A stretch of 64,000 bases of DNA from a phage. The translations under genes were made by a program, and so were the position numbers. This document shows, piece by piece, positions 46,207 through 56,538 of the stretch; positions within the stretch are counted from its first letter, which is position 1, and every line of letters starts with the position of its first letter. Under the pieces are notes generated by a model, which was not told the origin of the DNA, ran no database searches, and saw only the letters and a list, made by a program, of their open reading frames with translations. The stretch lies in sequence record QB031382.1; one strand, written 5' to 3'.

Positions 46207-46968
46207 CATTATGTTCAAGGTGGTTCGCAAGGCCACCCCCGCACCATTACGTGCTGCTGCATGTCCCCATGCAGATCAGACTATATCTTCACACTTAGTG
46301 TGTCTACCATTTCGAGTGTCATCAGCTTACACCCTACACCGCTACATTCATCACGGTTAGTCGTTAGGCATTTCGTAACAGAACTCGTAATCATAGTTAT
46401 TAGGTGCACCACGTTTCAGGATAGCAGATATTCTTTTTCTATCTATTCCTAAAACATCAGCACAACATCTCAGACTCTTAAAGTGAATAACCACACCAGT
46501 TAATTTGTGGGTGGCTTTCACCCCGTGACATCTTGTGTAAAAAGCATAACAGTTGTTGTCGTATCCTTCTTGAGTATTGTCTGGGCAAGCTCCCCACTCA
46601 AGGTTGTATACGCTGTTATCTTTCCTGTTGTCACCTTTGTGCTTAACATATGGTAAATTGTCTGGATTTGGTAAAAACGCTTCAGCAACAAGTCTGTGAA
46701 CCCTTAGGCAAACAGTCTTTTTGTTCTTGCGTATCCTGACAAGACGGTAACCTGTGTTTATCTCTTCCCACGAATGAATAATTCTTTCATTTTCGTATCG
46801 GGTGCAATAAACATTGCCCATCTCGTCAATTTCATAACCTTCAAAATCACGAATTTGTTTTCTCATTTCAGGACTCCTCTTAGTCAGGAGTTCTGTTACG
46901 TTTAGCACGGGATTGTCCGTTCTGGAGTTTCCCCGTTTAGATAGATTTTACATGAGCAGTTATAGTTT
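46207..46968 (-). ncRNA. group I intron in nrdD carrying an HNH endonuclease ORF
   Basis: U before 5' splice site, G before 3' splice site; P-, Q-, R-like elements at 46880-46940; S element AAGATATAGTC at 46279-46289; 18-nt GCACGTAATGGTGCGGGG (46237-46254) identical to polymerase intron. Confidence 0.6.
46357..46866 (-). CDS. HNH homing endonuclease (intron-encoded)
   Basis: HRLVAEAFLPNP...KHKGDNRKDN...NLEW; start at ATG after SD AAGAGGAG. Confidence 0.75.
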   Translation of the reverse strand: MRKQIRDFEGYEIDEMGNVYCTRYENERIIHSWEEINTGYRLVRIRKNKKTVCLRVHRLVAEAFLPNPDNLPYVKHKGDNRKDNSVYNLEWGACPDNTQEGYDNNCYAFYTRCHGVKATHKLTGVVIHFKSLRCCADVLGIDRKRISAILKRGAPNNYDYEFCYEMPND

Positions 46969-48129
46969 ACCCATGCTTGTTACTTTGCCGTCTGTTGAAC
47001 CTGTCACTTTACGATTTAGCGGAACAGAAACAAAGTCAGGATAAATCCGCTCTGCAGAGCATTCTAAGGCCAATCGTTTCAAATCATAGTTAGGATCCCC
47101 AGGGTTCATGTTGACACCCTCCTCTAAGAAGAACAACACTTTAGGGAACACAGGTGTGATCCGTTCTTCACCAAGACCCATTTTGTGAACTTTCAAGTAG
47201 TTTTTGGTAATCATTCTACCAAAGACCGAAGTATCCAGCCCTAAACTTAATGTGATGAATGGGGTTTGCCCGTTGACAGAAGTTAACGTATTGATTTGGT
47301 AGAGCAAAGTTTGCATACTATCAAACACGTCTTTATCTGTCATTTGCATTGCAACAGTCTCAGCATCTGGCAACCAATGTTCCTGACAAAATTTAAGGTT
47401 CTTCTCATAAGTTGCTTCAGCATACTGTGCCAAATAATGATCAATATGACTCATGGTCTGACCGCCATATTGAGCACTAGCTACTGCACTAGAGATTTGG
47501 CTAAGGATTGTTGTTGCAACCCCTATTGACTTCGGCTTACTGACATGGGCGTTGCCAATGTTGAATCCGTTTTCCAGCATATCCGGATAATTTACCAAAC
47601 AACAGTTTGTTAACGGACTGATCAGGTAGTCAAGATCATGCACATGGATGAAGCCTTTGTTGTGCTCTTCAGAGACACGGTCTGGCAGGATCTGTGTTGA
47701 TGCAAGATGTTTGCTAAGGATGCCTGCAAGCAGGTCACGATGAGTATGCACATGATTAGTAGGCTTATTTGCGTTTTCTTTTGTAAATTCATCACAAGTA
47801 CGATCCAAGAATCCGCTAATATCTGCAAGCAGTTTTCCACCTGCCTCTCTGTTATTATCTCTTGTCTGTCTATACTGGATGTATCCTCTGGCTGCACATT
47901 TTAAACCCATATCCATAAGAGCATCTTCAACAAGGATATGGATATTTTTTACAGAGATCGTGCACTGGTCGGTTGGCAGATTGTTGGCAACAACTTCATT
48001 AACCGCGCAGGCAATCCGGTAAGCTTCTTCTTCAGTATGTCCAGACTCAAGTAAGGCGGACTCTGCCGCCTTGATCACCTTAATTCCGTTATAAAACTCT
48101 TCTCTACCGTCCCGTTTTACAACTTTCAC
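46969..48129 (-). CDS. nrdD: anaerobic ribonucleotide reductase NrdD, exon 1
   Basis: N-terminal ATP-cone-like region; ends ...KVTSMG before intron; in-frame stop two codons into intron. Confidence 0.8.
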
Positions 48130-48404
48130 TTTTTCTCTCCAAAACCATTCTTAACAAAAGAGATGAAATCGTCAGCACCACCTATGTGGATACTGTCAAG
48201 GTTGCTTTCCAAGAAGATCTGAGGCAACGTTCTGGGAACAAATGGGCTACACTTCTCGATAAGCTCTTCTTTTGTGTATCCTTCACCTAGCGTCTTGTAT
48301 ACGAAAGGTATGCCTTTGCTGACTGCAAATTCTTTTGCTCTTACACAATGTGGGCAGTTATCCTTACCGTAAATGATGATGAAAAAAGATTTTTCGCAGC
48401 TCAT
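48126..48404 (-). CDS. glutaredoxin-like protein
   Basis: IYGKDNCPHCVRAKE CxxC active site. Confidence 0.7.
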   Translation of the reverse strand: MSCEKSFFIIIYGKDNCPHCVRAKEFAVSKGIPFVYKTLGEGYTKEELIEKCSPFVPRTLPQIFLESNLDSIHIGGADDFISFVKNGFGEKK

Positions 48405-48407
48405 ATA

Positions 48408-49496
48408 TTAAAACTCCCAAATTTCTTCTTCAGCGTCGTTAACAGTTGTGTTGACGCGGTAGTCAGTGTTCGACATTTCTTGGTTCGCCGTCTGTTGCAA
48501 TGAAGGTTTCATCCACACCTGCATAAACGGTAGCGGGTCCTTTGTTGGCGGCACAAAGTCTTTGTCGATGTCGTAATAATCATAAATCGGTGAGCAGTTA
48601 TAGTCAACCCATTCTTTAAGCAACGGTGAATTAAGACCTATAATCGCTCTTCCTTCGCTGAAAATATAGTCACTCCAACCGTACTCCTTGGTCCGCACTT
48701 CGTCAAGAATTTCTTTTAACTCACCCTTAATCTCAAGAAAGCTTTGCTCCCATGCAGGATCATCAAGCAGAATATCGATGATAGCAAAATCACCTTTCGA
48801 ATGCAGCATTTCGTCAAGCATAATTTTTTGAACAAGTTGCGCCACTTGAACAAAAATACCTTGCTCAGCTACTGCGAACGTACATGCAAAACTTGCAATA
48901 AACTCAATACTTTCTAGAGCTAAAAGTGCAAAAAGTGCTCTAAGGATACATTTCCGTACAACATCTTCTTCAACACTGGAAGGATCCAGTCGGTATTTTG
49001 CACCAATAACCTCAAGCTCTTGCATATATTTGACAATAACTCCAGATCTGCTCAGCACGTTCTGGTTTTCCTGAATCTCTTCTATAATCTCACGAGCATT
49101 AGGAAGGCATTGTCTAACAATCTCTGAGTAAGTTAGTGCATGAAGAACCTCAATCTCAGACTGCTTCATCAACAAGGTGAAAAGCTCACTATTGGTGATA
49201 AATGGTGAAAACAGACAAATGATAGATCTTGCTGCAACACTGTCTGCCTCCCATTGCCACATCAGTGTCTGCACCATCACATCGTAAGTTGACTTTGAGC
49301 ATGTTACGAAATCCGAAATAGACTGTGACAAATCTACTTCGTCCTCTGCCCAATCTTGTTCTTTTTGTTTTTTGTATAGTTCAAACAGCTGTGGATACTT
49401 TTTGTTAATAGAGTCGTACATCCCCATCTGCTGTCCTAGAAACAGCGGATAATCACCAGTTTTATGAGCAGTGTTCTCAGTATTAAATACGGACAT
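48408..49496 (-). CDS. nrdB: ribonucleotide reductase class I beta subunit
   Basis: 362 aa; ferritin-like motifs; directly downstream of nrdA. Confidence 0.85.
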   Translation of the reverse strand: MSVFNTENTAHKTGDYPLFLGQQMGMYDSINKKYPQLFELYKKQKEQDWAEDEVDLSQSISDFVTCSKSTYDVMVQTLMWQWEADSVAARSIICLFSPFITNSELFTLLMKQSEIEVLHALTYSEIVRQCLPNAREIIEEIQENQNVLSRSGVIVKYMQELEVIGAKYRLDPSSVEEDVVRKCILRALFALLALESIEFIASFACTFAVAEQGIFVQVAQLVQKIMLDEMLHSKGDFAIIDILLDDPAWEQSFLEIKGELKEILDEVRTKEYGWSDYIFSEGRAIIGLNSPLLKEWVDYNCSPIYDYYDIDKDFVPPTKDPLPFMQVWMKPSLQQTANQEMSNTDYRVNTTVNDAEEEIWEF

Positions 49497-49504
49497 TATT
49501 CTAC

Positions 49505-49527
49505 CTCTAAAATGGGGCCGAAGCCCC
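49505..49527 (-). terminator. possible attenuator hairpin between nrdA and nrdB
   Basis: Minus-strand GGGGC-TTCG-GCCCC followed by ATTTTA. Confidence 0.35.
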
Positions 49528-49534
49528 TTTTAAA

Positions 49535-51850
49535 TTACAGTGCACAACTTTCGCAATACGGATCTTCAACTGAACTATCTGCAATCAAAGGATAGTTCTT
49601 TCTGGTTTCATCTTCAGCCTGTTTCTTCGCGTGAAGCTCCTCTGTCAAAGAGTCACCAGCACCAACCCGAGAGTTTAAGTAATACCATGTCTTCATCCCG
49701 AATTTAGTAGCACGGATAAGATACCCAAGCTGCTCCTTCATTGAAATTTTACCATCTTTCAACTTGGTGTAATCAATATATAGGTCAGCACTGATTGCCT
49801 GTCCTGTGAATTTTTGAATCACAGCATACATATCAATCATGTCGTTAGTATCAACGTCCCAAGCCGAGGTATAATACTCTTTCAGTTCATCATATTCAGG
49901 AACGATAAACAGCACCTGCCCTTGTGGCGACTTTTTAAAGATAATGTGCTCACGGACAGGATAAACCCCGTTAGTTGTGTTTGTTGCCAACGAAGAGCTT
50001 TCATTAGGCATATATGCTTCAAGAACGCTATTACGTAGTCCACCGTTTTCAATAATTTCTTTACGTAACCCTTCCCAATCCTGCTTAAGAGAAGGATCTT
50101 TCACCACACTATCGACCTCTTTGTTATAAGTGTCGATTGGTAACCAACCATCTGGGTATTTTGTTTTATGCATCCACTCGCAGACACCACGCTCTTTTGC
50201 CAATCGTAAACTTGCCTTATGCAAGCTGTAGCTGTGAAGCTCTGCAAGATCGTGAACAAGCTGTTTACTTTCAGGAGACCCGTAAGCAACCTTGTGGCTG
50301 GCAATAAAATGTGCAATATTGGTAAGGCCAACCCCGATGGATCTGCGTTTTTTAACAGTGCTCTCCATATTTTCATACGGATATGTCATGATTTCCATAA
50401 CATTGTCAATCATAAGCACAGTGTAGTATGCAACATCCTCATACTCCTCTGGGGTAACCCTTCCAGCTACAAGGGATGATAGGAAGCACAATGCAACCTC
50501 ACCATCATCAGCATCGTACTTGAAGATATTACGCATATCTGAATAGCCTTTTGTCGGAAGAGCTATCTCTGCACACAGATTACTTGAATAGATTACATCT
50601 TTAAAAGGTGTATGTCTATTCATCTCATCTGTCCAGTACACATACAGTCTGCCCACCTCGGTACGCTGCGTGATCAGTTCAACAGCAAGGTCTCTAGCAC
50701 GGATCCATGTTTTAGGAATGCTGTCATCTTTAGCGATACGATCAACCTCTGCATCAAACTCCTCCATAGACATGGTGAAGATACCCTCGTGCAGTTGAGG
50801 CGCGTGCTTATAGGAAACAAGCATCCAATCTAAATTCTTAGCCACACGGTTGATAAATGACCTATTAATACCTATAGAGTAGTCCATAGTGTTGATTCTT
50901 TTTGAAGCAACAGTCATAGGGTTTCTCAAACGGATCAGTTCATCAATCTGTGGGTCTAGCGCAAGGAATGATACCGTTGCCGAACCTCCGCGTGATTGTT
51001 GTCTATTCTCCTTAACCCCGGCATCAATGCCTCGATAATATGGAAGCTTACCCATATGTTTAATAGTGTTACCACGAACACCATCACCTGCAGATCTTGA
51101 TGATAGATAGTAGCCAATACCTGCTTGGTTAACCGTCATTGTGTACGCAACTTCACGTGCCACGCCAATAGATTTTGCTGTATCGTCCGCTTTTATTACG
51201 CAACAAGATGCATACCCTGTCTTACCTGTGCGTAGACCGTTTAAGTACGGTGTCGGGGCATTAATCTTCAAGTCCGACAGATAAGTGTATAATTTTACAA
51301 CATCGTCAATACGGCGTTCTTTAGGCATATTCTTCATGACAGCCATTGCTATCCCCATAAACATCATCTGGGGAGATTCAAACAGGGTGTCTTTAAGAGT
51401 ATCCTTGATCCCGTATTTGTCGCGAAACTGTTTAAGGACTGCATAGCCATAACCGAGATCTTTACTGTGATCAATAACAGCGTCTAAAGTGTTTAACTCG
51501 GTAAAGCTATAACCCATATCCTCCCAATACCCTTTATCAACCATGGTATTGTAAAATGAGGGTAAGGAAGGGATCTTTGTAAATCCTCCAAAAGCCTCTT
51601 TATAAATCTGACCAATAAGAACACGACCAGCCATGCGGGAATGTGCTTCGTCTTTACGGCTAACACAGGAGTCTATGATAGCTTGGTTAACTTCTTTTGT
51701 TGTACATCCATCATACAGCCGTTTGTATGCATCGAGTGCAATATGTGACCAATTTCCGTTACCGTCGTCACCGAAAATAGCTGCCTTATTTAAACGTTCT
51801 GGATCGAATGTCACTTCACATCCGTTGCTTTTAATTACCTTGGTGATCAA
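49535..51850 (-). CDS. nrdA: ribonucleotide reductase class I alpha subunit
   Basis: 771 aa; ATP-cone N-terminus; C-terminal CESCAL. Confidence 0.9.
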   Translation of the reverse strand: MITKVIKSNGCEVTFDPERLNKAAIFGDDGNGNWSHIALDAYKRLYDGCTTKEVNQAIIDSCVSRKDEAHSRMAGRVLIGQIYKEAFGGFTKIPSLPSFYNTMVDKGYWEDMGYSFTELNTLDAVIDHSKDLGYGYAVLKQFRDKYGIKDTLKDTLFESPQMMFMGIAMAVMKNMPKERRIDDVVKLYTYLSDLKINAPTPYLNGLRTGKTGYASCCVIKADDTAKSIGVAREVAYTMTVNQAGIGYYLSSRSAGDGVRGNTIKHMGKLPYYRGIDAGVKENRQQSRGGSATVSFLALDPQIDELIRLRNPMTVASKRINTMDYSIGINRSFINRVAKNLDWMLVSYKHAPQLHEGIFTMSMEEFDAEVDRIAKDDSIPKTWIRARDLAVELITQRTEVGRLYVYWTDEMNRHTPFKDVIYSSNLCAEIALPTKGYSDMRNIFKYDADDGEVALCFLSSLVAGRVTPEEYEDVAYYTVLMIDNVMEIMTYPYENMESTVKKRRSIGVGLTNIAHFIASHKVAYGSPESKQLVHDLAELHSYSLHKASLRLAKERGVCEWMHKTKYPDGWLPIDTYNKEVDSVVKDPSLKQDWEGLRKEIIENGGLRNSVLEAYMPNESSSLATNTTNGVYPVREHIIFKKSPQGQVLFIVPEYDELKEYYTSAWDVDTNDMIDMYAVIQKFTGQAISADLYIDYTKLKDGKISMKEQLGYLIRATKFGMKTWYYLNSRVGAGDSLTEELHAKKQAEDETRKNYPLIADSSVEDPYCESCAL

Positions 51851-52077
51851 TTTGCTTCCTCCACTTCATCAACGTATTTATCAAGGCAGGTATCAGTATC
51901 TTGTTGGATAAAGGTATCCTCTTCTACGGAGATATTTATAATTTTACCTGTATACTCGTCATAATAAACATCATCATACATTTTAATATCGTTTGTCAGA
52001 CCGTTGAACCAAAGCCAACCAACATATTCTGCCCGACTTGCAAAACCAAGATCCTTCCACTTGGAGTTATGACTCAT
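51847..52077 (-). CDS. hypothetical protein
   Basis: Start moved to ATG (MSHNSKW) after AAGGTGGTG. Confidence 0.4.
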   Translation of the reverse strand: MSHNSKWKDLGFASRAEYVGWLWFNGLTNDIKMYDDVYYDEYTGKIINISVEEDTFIQQDTDTCLDKYVDEVEEAN

Positions 52078-52087
52078 CTTCACCACC

Positions 52088-52588
52088 TTAGCTTTCAATA
52101 CCGAATAATTTTTCCAGGCGATGCAGATCTTCAAAATTGAAAGGTTCATCAACAATATGAATATCTTCAGCCTTTTCAGATTGTTTTGTATACTTTCTTA
52201 CATTAACACGATCTTCTACAGGGATATCATAGGGGAGATCTTGAACAAGCATTGCCTCATCGGGTGCTTTATCTACATCTAAAATATCTACACCGTTATA
52301 CATTTGCGGGTATCTAAAGTCTGCACGCATGACACCAGCAAATACATCTGCCTTTCTATAATGTGTCGGCTTATTTTTGCATCGAACGTTTTTTCCACGA
52401 AGAACATCAATATTTTTTAAATCAAACCCTACAGCAAAGAGTGCAGCTCGGAGACCGTTTCGTGTGCGAACGTTAAATCCGGGAACAGTAGATAGGAAAT
52501 CTAAAGTAACTGAAATAAATGTCTTTTTAGGAATCATAACATTACTCATATCTGTCTCCATTTCTGGCTCACCAACAAAGTGAGCCAT
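52088..52588 (-). CDS. hypothetical protein
   Basis: Tool ORF, 166 aa, no recognisable motif. Confidence 0.5.
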   Translation of the reverse strand: MAHFVGEPEMETDMSNVMIPKKTFISVTLDFLSTVPGFNVRTRNGLRAALFAVGFDLKNIDVLRGKNVRCKNKPTHYRKADVFAGVMRADFRYPQMYNGVDILDVDKAPDEAMLVQDLPYDIPVEDRVNVRKYTKQSEKAEDIHIVDEPFNFEDLHRLEKLFGIES

Positions 52589-52647
52589 TATTATAGATTA
52601 TCTAATACTATTAGTCAACACAAAAGTTACCTATCGCTGTAATAGGA

Positions 52648-53631
52648 TTAACCTTTCATGAAGTGGTTATTAAGCAGCTGTCTGTGCTGAACCCACCCAC
52701 AAAAGTTGGCAGACCAGAATTTACCATCACGGTCTTGATGGGTTACACCTTCCTGCCAAACACAGCTGTCCTGTGTGATTTCACATGAAGACAGGTAGTA
52801 GTTTAAACGTTCCATTGCGTTATCGTGATCCATAGGTGTTGCCTGGTGCTCGTAAGGGCTTGCATGAATACGATCCCCACCAATCAATTTTTTAGCCACA
52901 CTGTCTGCCTTTTCAAACGTGCTGTCAATATTTCGATAAGATACCTGTGCACAGCAACTAGCACTAATAGACAGAGCTTCTTTAGTATCGAGAATGCAGA
53001 GCTTTCCTTCTGTGTCACGTACAGCGTAGTTAAACTCTCCGTCCAAATAAACGTGCTCTACATATGGGGTGTGCCATTGACCCGGTTTAAGGATTTCAGG
53101 AGTGCTATTCCCAAGAGCCTCCCACATACAATTAGCCAACATCTGAATTGTAGGATCCGCATCGTGCCAGCAACGGAGGTGGAAAAAATTATTCCACTCG
53201 GTGCTTGTTACAACTGTTTTCATGCGTTGAAAAGGTTCCACTAAGCGGTTACATACTTGCTTATGGTAACCAGCAAGGGCGAACTTCTCTGCATGCCAAG
53301 CGGCGTTTTTTGCAGCTTCTTTCCAAAACTCTTCAGGGGTCATCTCCATGTCAGTGTATTCTACACGGATCTTTTGATCGTGTTCCCCTCCATCTTCCAT
53401 TCCTCGCTTATTTACACCGAAGCGAACTGGCATTGCCGGATTCTCCACAATCTGCTGCAGCATCTTGCTGACAGGCACTGCACGAGAAGACATAGCGTTT
53501 CGGCTGAACATTCGATGTGTCATAAGCTCTGAGTGAATAATTCGAGGATATTCTAGCTCAAAAGTAGTGATACGCTTACCTTTCTCGGAAATGCTGTCGG
53601 CAATAATCTTTGCAGTGCACAGTTTTAGCAT
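52648..53631 (-). CDS. thyX: flavin-dependent thymidylate synthase (ThyX)-like protein
   Basis: ELMTHRMFSRNAMSSRA matches ThyX signature RHR-x7-S-x-R with first Arg replaced. Confidence 0.6.
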   Translation of the reverse strand: MLKLCTAKIIADSISEKGKRITTFELEYPRIIHSELMTHRMFSRNAMSSRAVPVSKMLQQIVENPAMPVRFGVNKRGMEDGGEHDQKIRVEYTDMEMTPEEFWKEAAKNAAWHAEKFALAGYHKQVCNRLVEPFQRMKTVVTSTEWNNFFHLRCWHDADPTIQMLANCMWEALGNSTPEILKPGQWHTPYVEHVYLDGEFNYAVRDTEGKLCILDTKEALSISASCCAQVSYRNIDSTFEKADSVAKKLIGGDRIHASPYEHQATPMDHDNAMERLNYYLSSCEITQDSCVWQEGVTHQDRDGKFWSANFCGWVQHRQLLNNHFMKG

Positions 53632-53831
53632 TATTTAGCTCTCCTTGTTTTAATTTTGGAAATTTCGTCTGGGTTTATGTTGGCCTTAAATGCAAGGTAT
53701 CTGTTAAACATATCGGAGCACATATCTTGGGTGATCCTAGAGGCATACACCAGCTTACCGCCCAGATCATACACCTCTATCCAGTCACCGTATCTGACTA
53801 CAGGATCGCCACCTTTAGAACATCTACCCAT
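53631..53831 (-). CDS. hypothetical protein
   Basis: Tool ORF. Confidence 0.4.
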   Translation of the reverse strand: MGRCSKGGDPVVRYGDWIEVYDLGGKLVYASRITQDMCSDMFNRYLAFKANINPDEISKIKTRRAK

Positions 53832-53832
53832 T

Positions 53833-54426
53833 TCAAATACCTTCTAAAAACTTCCCTATTTTATACCAGCTGTTAGCGGTATAGTCAACACTAACCTTCA
53901 ACTCCTCGAATTGCTCGTAAGGAGTGTCTTTTAAGATTTTAATAACTTCAGGGCGTGAAGCGAATTGGTTCAGGTATTCATGCCTGTCGTCAATTATAAC
54001 GTCTACAGCCACATTACCTTTGAAATGTGTGGCGTAGAAGCCGTGACCCTGGGTGTGATCGTCCAGATCCATAAAATCGCTGGTCCAACGCTTTAAGAAC
54101 CTTGATTTAGATGCAAGGTGACCTTTCTTACATACAGAGATAAATGCAAGCTTGTGACCACGAGCCACCAAATCTTTCATAACCTCAATAGCCCCATCTT
54201 CAGGCTTAAGAAAGTCGTAGAGGAACGGGTCACTCCAGAAATCAAAAGGCCCTATGATGTTTTCTTTGGGGCGATCAGGCCAATATTTTGACAGATCGTA
54301 ATACATCAGTCCGTTAGAAGGTTTAGCGACTGTCTTGCTGGCTGGACCATATAAACGCTCTAGCCACTCCCACCATGCTGTTCCTGAGTCTACCAGTGTT
54401 AAATCTACATCAATTCCGATCAGCAT
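53833..54426 (-). CDS. HAD-family phosphatase (deoxyribonucleotidase-like)
   Basis: N-terminal HAD motif I GIDVDLTLV. Confidence 0.6.
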   Translation of the reverse strand: MLIGIDVDLTLVDSGTAWWEWLERLYGPASKTVAKPSNGLMYYDLSKYWPDRPKENIIGPFDFWSDPFLYDFLKPEDGAIEVMKDLVARGHKLAFISVCKKGHLASKSRFLKRWTSDFMDLDDHTQGHGFYATHFKGNVAVDVIIDDRHEYLNQFASRPEVIKILKDTPYEQFEELKVSVDYTANSWYKIGKFLEGI

Positions 54427-54431
54427 TGTTC

Positions 54432-55034
54432 TCAGCCCTCTTTAGCATCAATATACTTGCACACAATCTCAGACGCGCACTCCCAAGGAGCTCCCTCAGG
54501 GTTAACAACATCAAACTCAATACCTTTTATCCCGTTCTTCTCTAGGCTAAGGTAAGTTCTGGAATCATTTCCCCAATCATATCCTGCACGGTGGATACGG
54601 AACAGTAGAAGATCGCCACCTGTGCTGTATGCGTACTCGCCAAGGCATGCCAGCTCCTCTTTGAAGCCACCATCGGAGTAAACAACAACCCCTTTACCTT
54701 CAGGGAAATCTTTCTTCAAGGATGCGACTGCGGCCTTACCGAAAGCATCTTCACCAAAGATAGGTTTAATCAGATTTTCACTACAATGGATCATCCATTC
54801 TCGCGGAGAAACATGCTTGCCGTCTATCATTAAGAACGGGCACGGTTCTTCTTTGTAGCGGCGATCATAAAGTGCATTCCACAACTGTGGTGAAATACCA
54901 GCTGCCTTAATTGCCACACTGAATAGCATTTCCTTTACCTCGCGGTGATGCGAGTTTGGAATGGCTTCCAACAAAAGATCTGCGATATGGTCTTTTCCAG
55001 AACTTGGTGGAGCATTAAGAACAATAATATCCAT
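54432..55034 (-). CDS. P-loop deoxynucleoside monophosphate kinase-like protein
   Basis: N-terminal P-loop NAPPSSGKD resembling T4 gp1. Confidence 0.55.
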   Translation of the reverse strand: MDIIVLNAPPSSGKDHIADLLLEAIPNSHHREVKEMLFSVAIKAAGISPQLWNALYDRRYKEEPCPFLMIDGKHVSPREWMIHCSENLIKPIFGEDAFGKAAVASLKKDFPEGKGVVVYSDGGFKEELACLGEYAYSTGGDLLLFRIHRAGYDWGNDSRTYLSLEKNGIKGIEFDVVNPEGAPWECASEIVCKYIDAKEG

Positions 55035-55237
55035 TAAAAACCTCCGTGGTATTCTTCAACTGCATCAATAATACTTTTACACTTATCTACCAGCTCGTTA
55101 GCTACTACAGCATCGTCTTCCCAAACAGCCTCCTCAATCTGATCAAGCAGTGATCGCATCTTCTTCATCATTTCTGGGATAAAGCTTTCTGAAAAGCTGT
55201 CTGGAATTGTTAACTCTGGTGTCATTGCGGTCTCCAA
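55034..55237 (-). CDS. hypothetical acidic protein
   Basis: Tool ORF. Confidence 0.45.
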   Translation of the reverse strand: METAMTPELTIPDSFSESFIPEMMKKMRSLLDQIEEAVWEDDAVVANELVDKCKSIIDAVEEYHGGF

Positions 55238-55252
55238 TCATACTGCACGTTA

Positions 55253-55711
55253 TTAGAAGTTTGTTTTTACACGTCTCTTTTCATCTACTTCGTTGTTAGC
55301 TAAAAGCGTTACAAAGTCTGTAAAACGAACATGAAGAACTCTTTTCTTATCCAGGTATCCTAAAGCCACACCTGAGAAATTTAGCATTAAAGGGGCTAAA
55401 GAAGCTCTAGCACTGAGATGCTGCTGTTCAACTCTTCCAACACCCTTAGTATAAGAAGGGTTGAGATTGTAAGTTCTGAATCCAAGTTTTGTTGGAGCTT
55501 TAGAATTAAAAACAACTTTATAACGTTTCTTACTCAGCTTATGTTCCAGAATAAGCATTCCCTTTTCGCCACGGATAAGCTGAAAATCTGTAAAATGCTC
55601 TTTTAAGACAAAAGGTAGTGCCAGCCCCATAGCCTGTCCCCTTTGCACAGCTGTCTCACCAAAAGCCTTTGCATCAGTAAGCTCTTTAGTCAAGTCTATA
55701 CTTTTGATCAT
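55253..55711 (-). CDS. hypothetical protein
   Basis: Tool ORF. Confidence 0.45.
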   Translation of the reverse strand: MIKSIDLTKELTDAKAFGETAVQRGQAMGLALPFVLKEHFTDFQLIRGEKGMLILEHKLSKKRYKVVFNSKAPTKLGFRTYNLNPSYTKGVGRVEQQHLSARASLAPLMLNFSGVALGYLDKKRVLHVRFTDFVTLLANNEVDEKRRVKTNF

Positions 55712-56492
55712 ACCTGGTCTCCAAAATGTATTGTAGTTCTTTCTTGCCTATACTCTTCATTCCAGCAGTCTTACCTGCTTCTTCTTGAAAAGAAGAATAG
55801 CATTCAGCAAACACTCTGTCAACACCATCAACTAAAGATTTTATGAAATATGTTGATTCTTCAGATTTTGGGTCATCCTCCCCCAATACTTTTCCAGCAT
55901 TATACCCGACACGTCTTATGCAGAAGTCGTAGTCATCTGGTGTGCTAAAAGAAAATAACTTATTCTCCCCAATCTCTACAGGATTCCTATTGCACACCTT
56001 TTTCTCCCAAATTTGGAAAACACATGGCACGTCATAAGGTTTGCCGTTAAGTAAAAACGAGTTCTTGGGGCACCTTTCGCTGTAAATAAGGTGCATCGAC
56101 ATGTCAAGCCTGTTTGCAAAAAATATTTTTTCAAATGTCCGTGGCAAGATGAAGGCTATAGCCCCACCAGGCTCTAGCAATGATGCACAGTGGTTAAAGA
56201 ACTTGCAAGCTAAAGACGAATTTTTGCCGAATGGAGGATTGCCTATGAAGACATCAGCCTTAGGGTACACCTCTAAGAAGTTTGCCTTAATACACGGTGT
56301 TGGGCCTTCAAATTCAGGATCTGGTACCAAATCGTACGACAGTATCTCTGAAAATAGTTTTGAAAAAGAACCCTTTCCAGCAGAAGGCTCAACGTATGCA
56401 CAATTCCCATACCTAACTTTTACTTTACCAACAAGATATTCTGCATACTCAGGGTCTGTGTAATATTTGTCGTTGGACTCTTTCTTGCTCAA
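55686..56492 (-). CDS. N6-adenine DNA methyltransferase
   Basis: Motif I VEPSAGKGSF and motif IV FIGNPPFGKN. Confidence 0.7.
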   Translation of the reverse strand: MSKKESNDKYYTDPEYAEYLVGKVKVRYGNCAYVEPSAGKGSFSKLFSEILSYDLVPDPEFEGPTPCIKANFLEVYPKADVFIGNPPFGKNSSLACKFFNHCASLLEPGGAIAFILPRTFEKIFFANRLDMSMHLIYSERCPKNSFLLNGKPYDVPCVFQIWEKKVCNRNPVEIGENKLFSFSTPDDYDFCIRRVGYNAGKVLGEDDPKSEESTYFIKSLVDGVDRVFAECYSSFQEEAGKTAGMKSIGKKELQYILETRYDQKYRLD

Positions 56493-56538
56493 GGTGCCTC
56501 CAAAATGAAAAGGGGAGGCGCAAGCCTCCCTCTACTTG

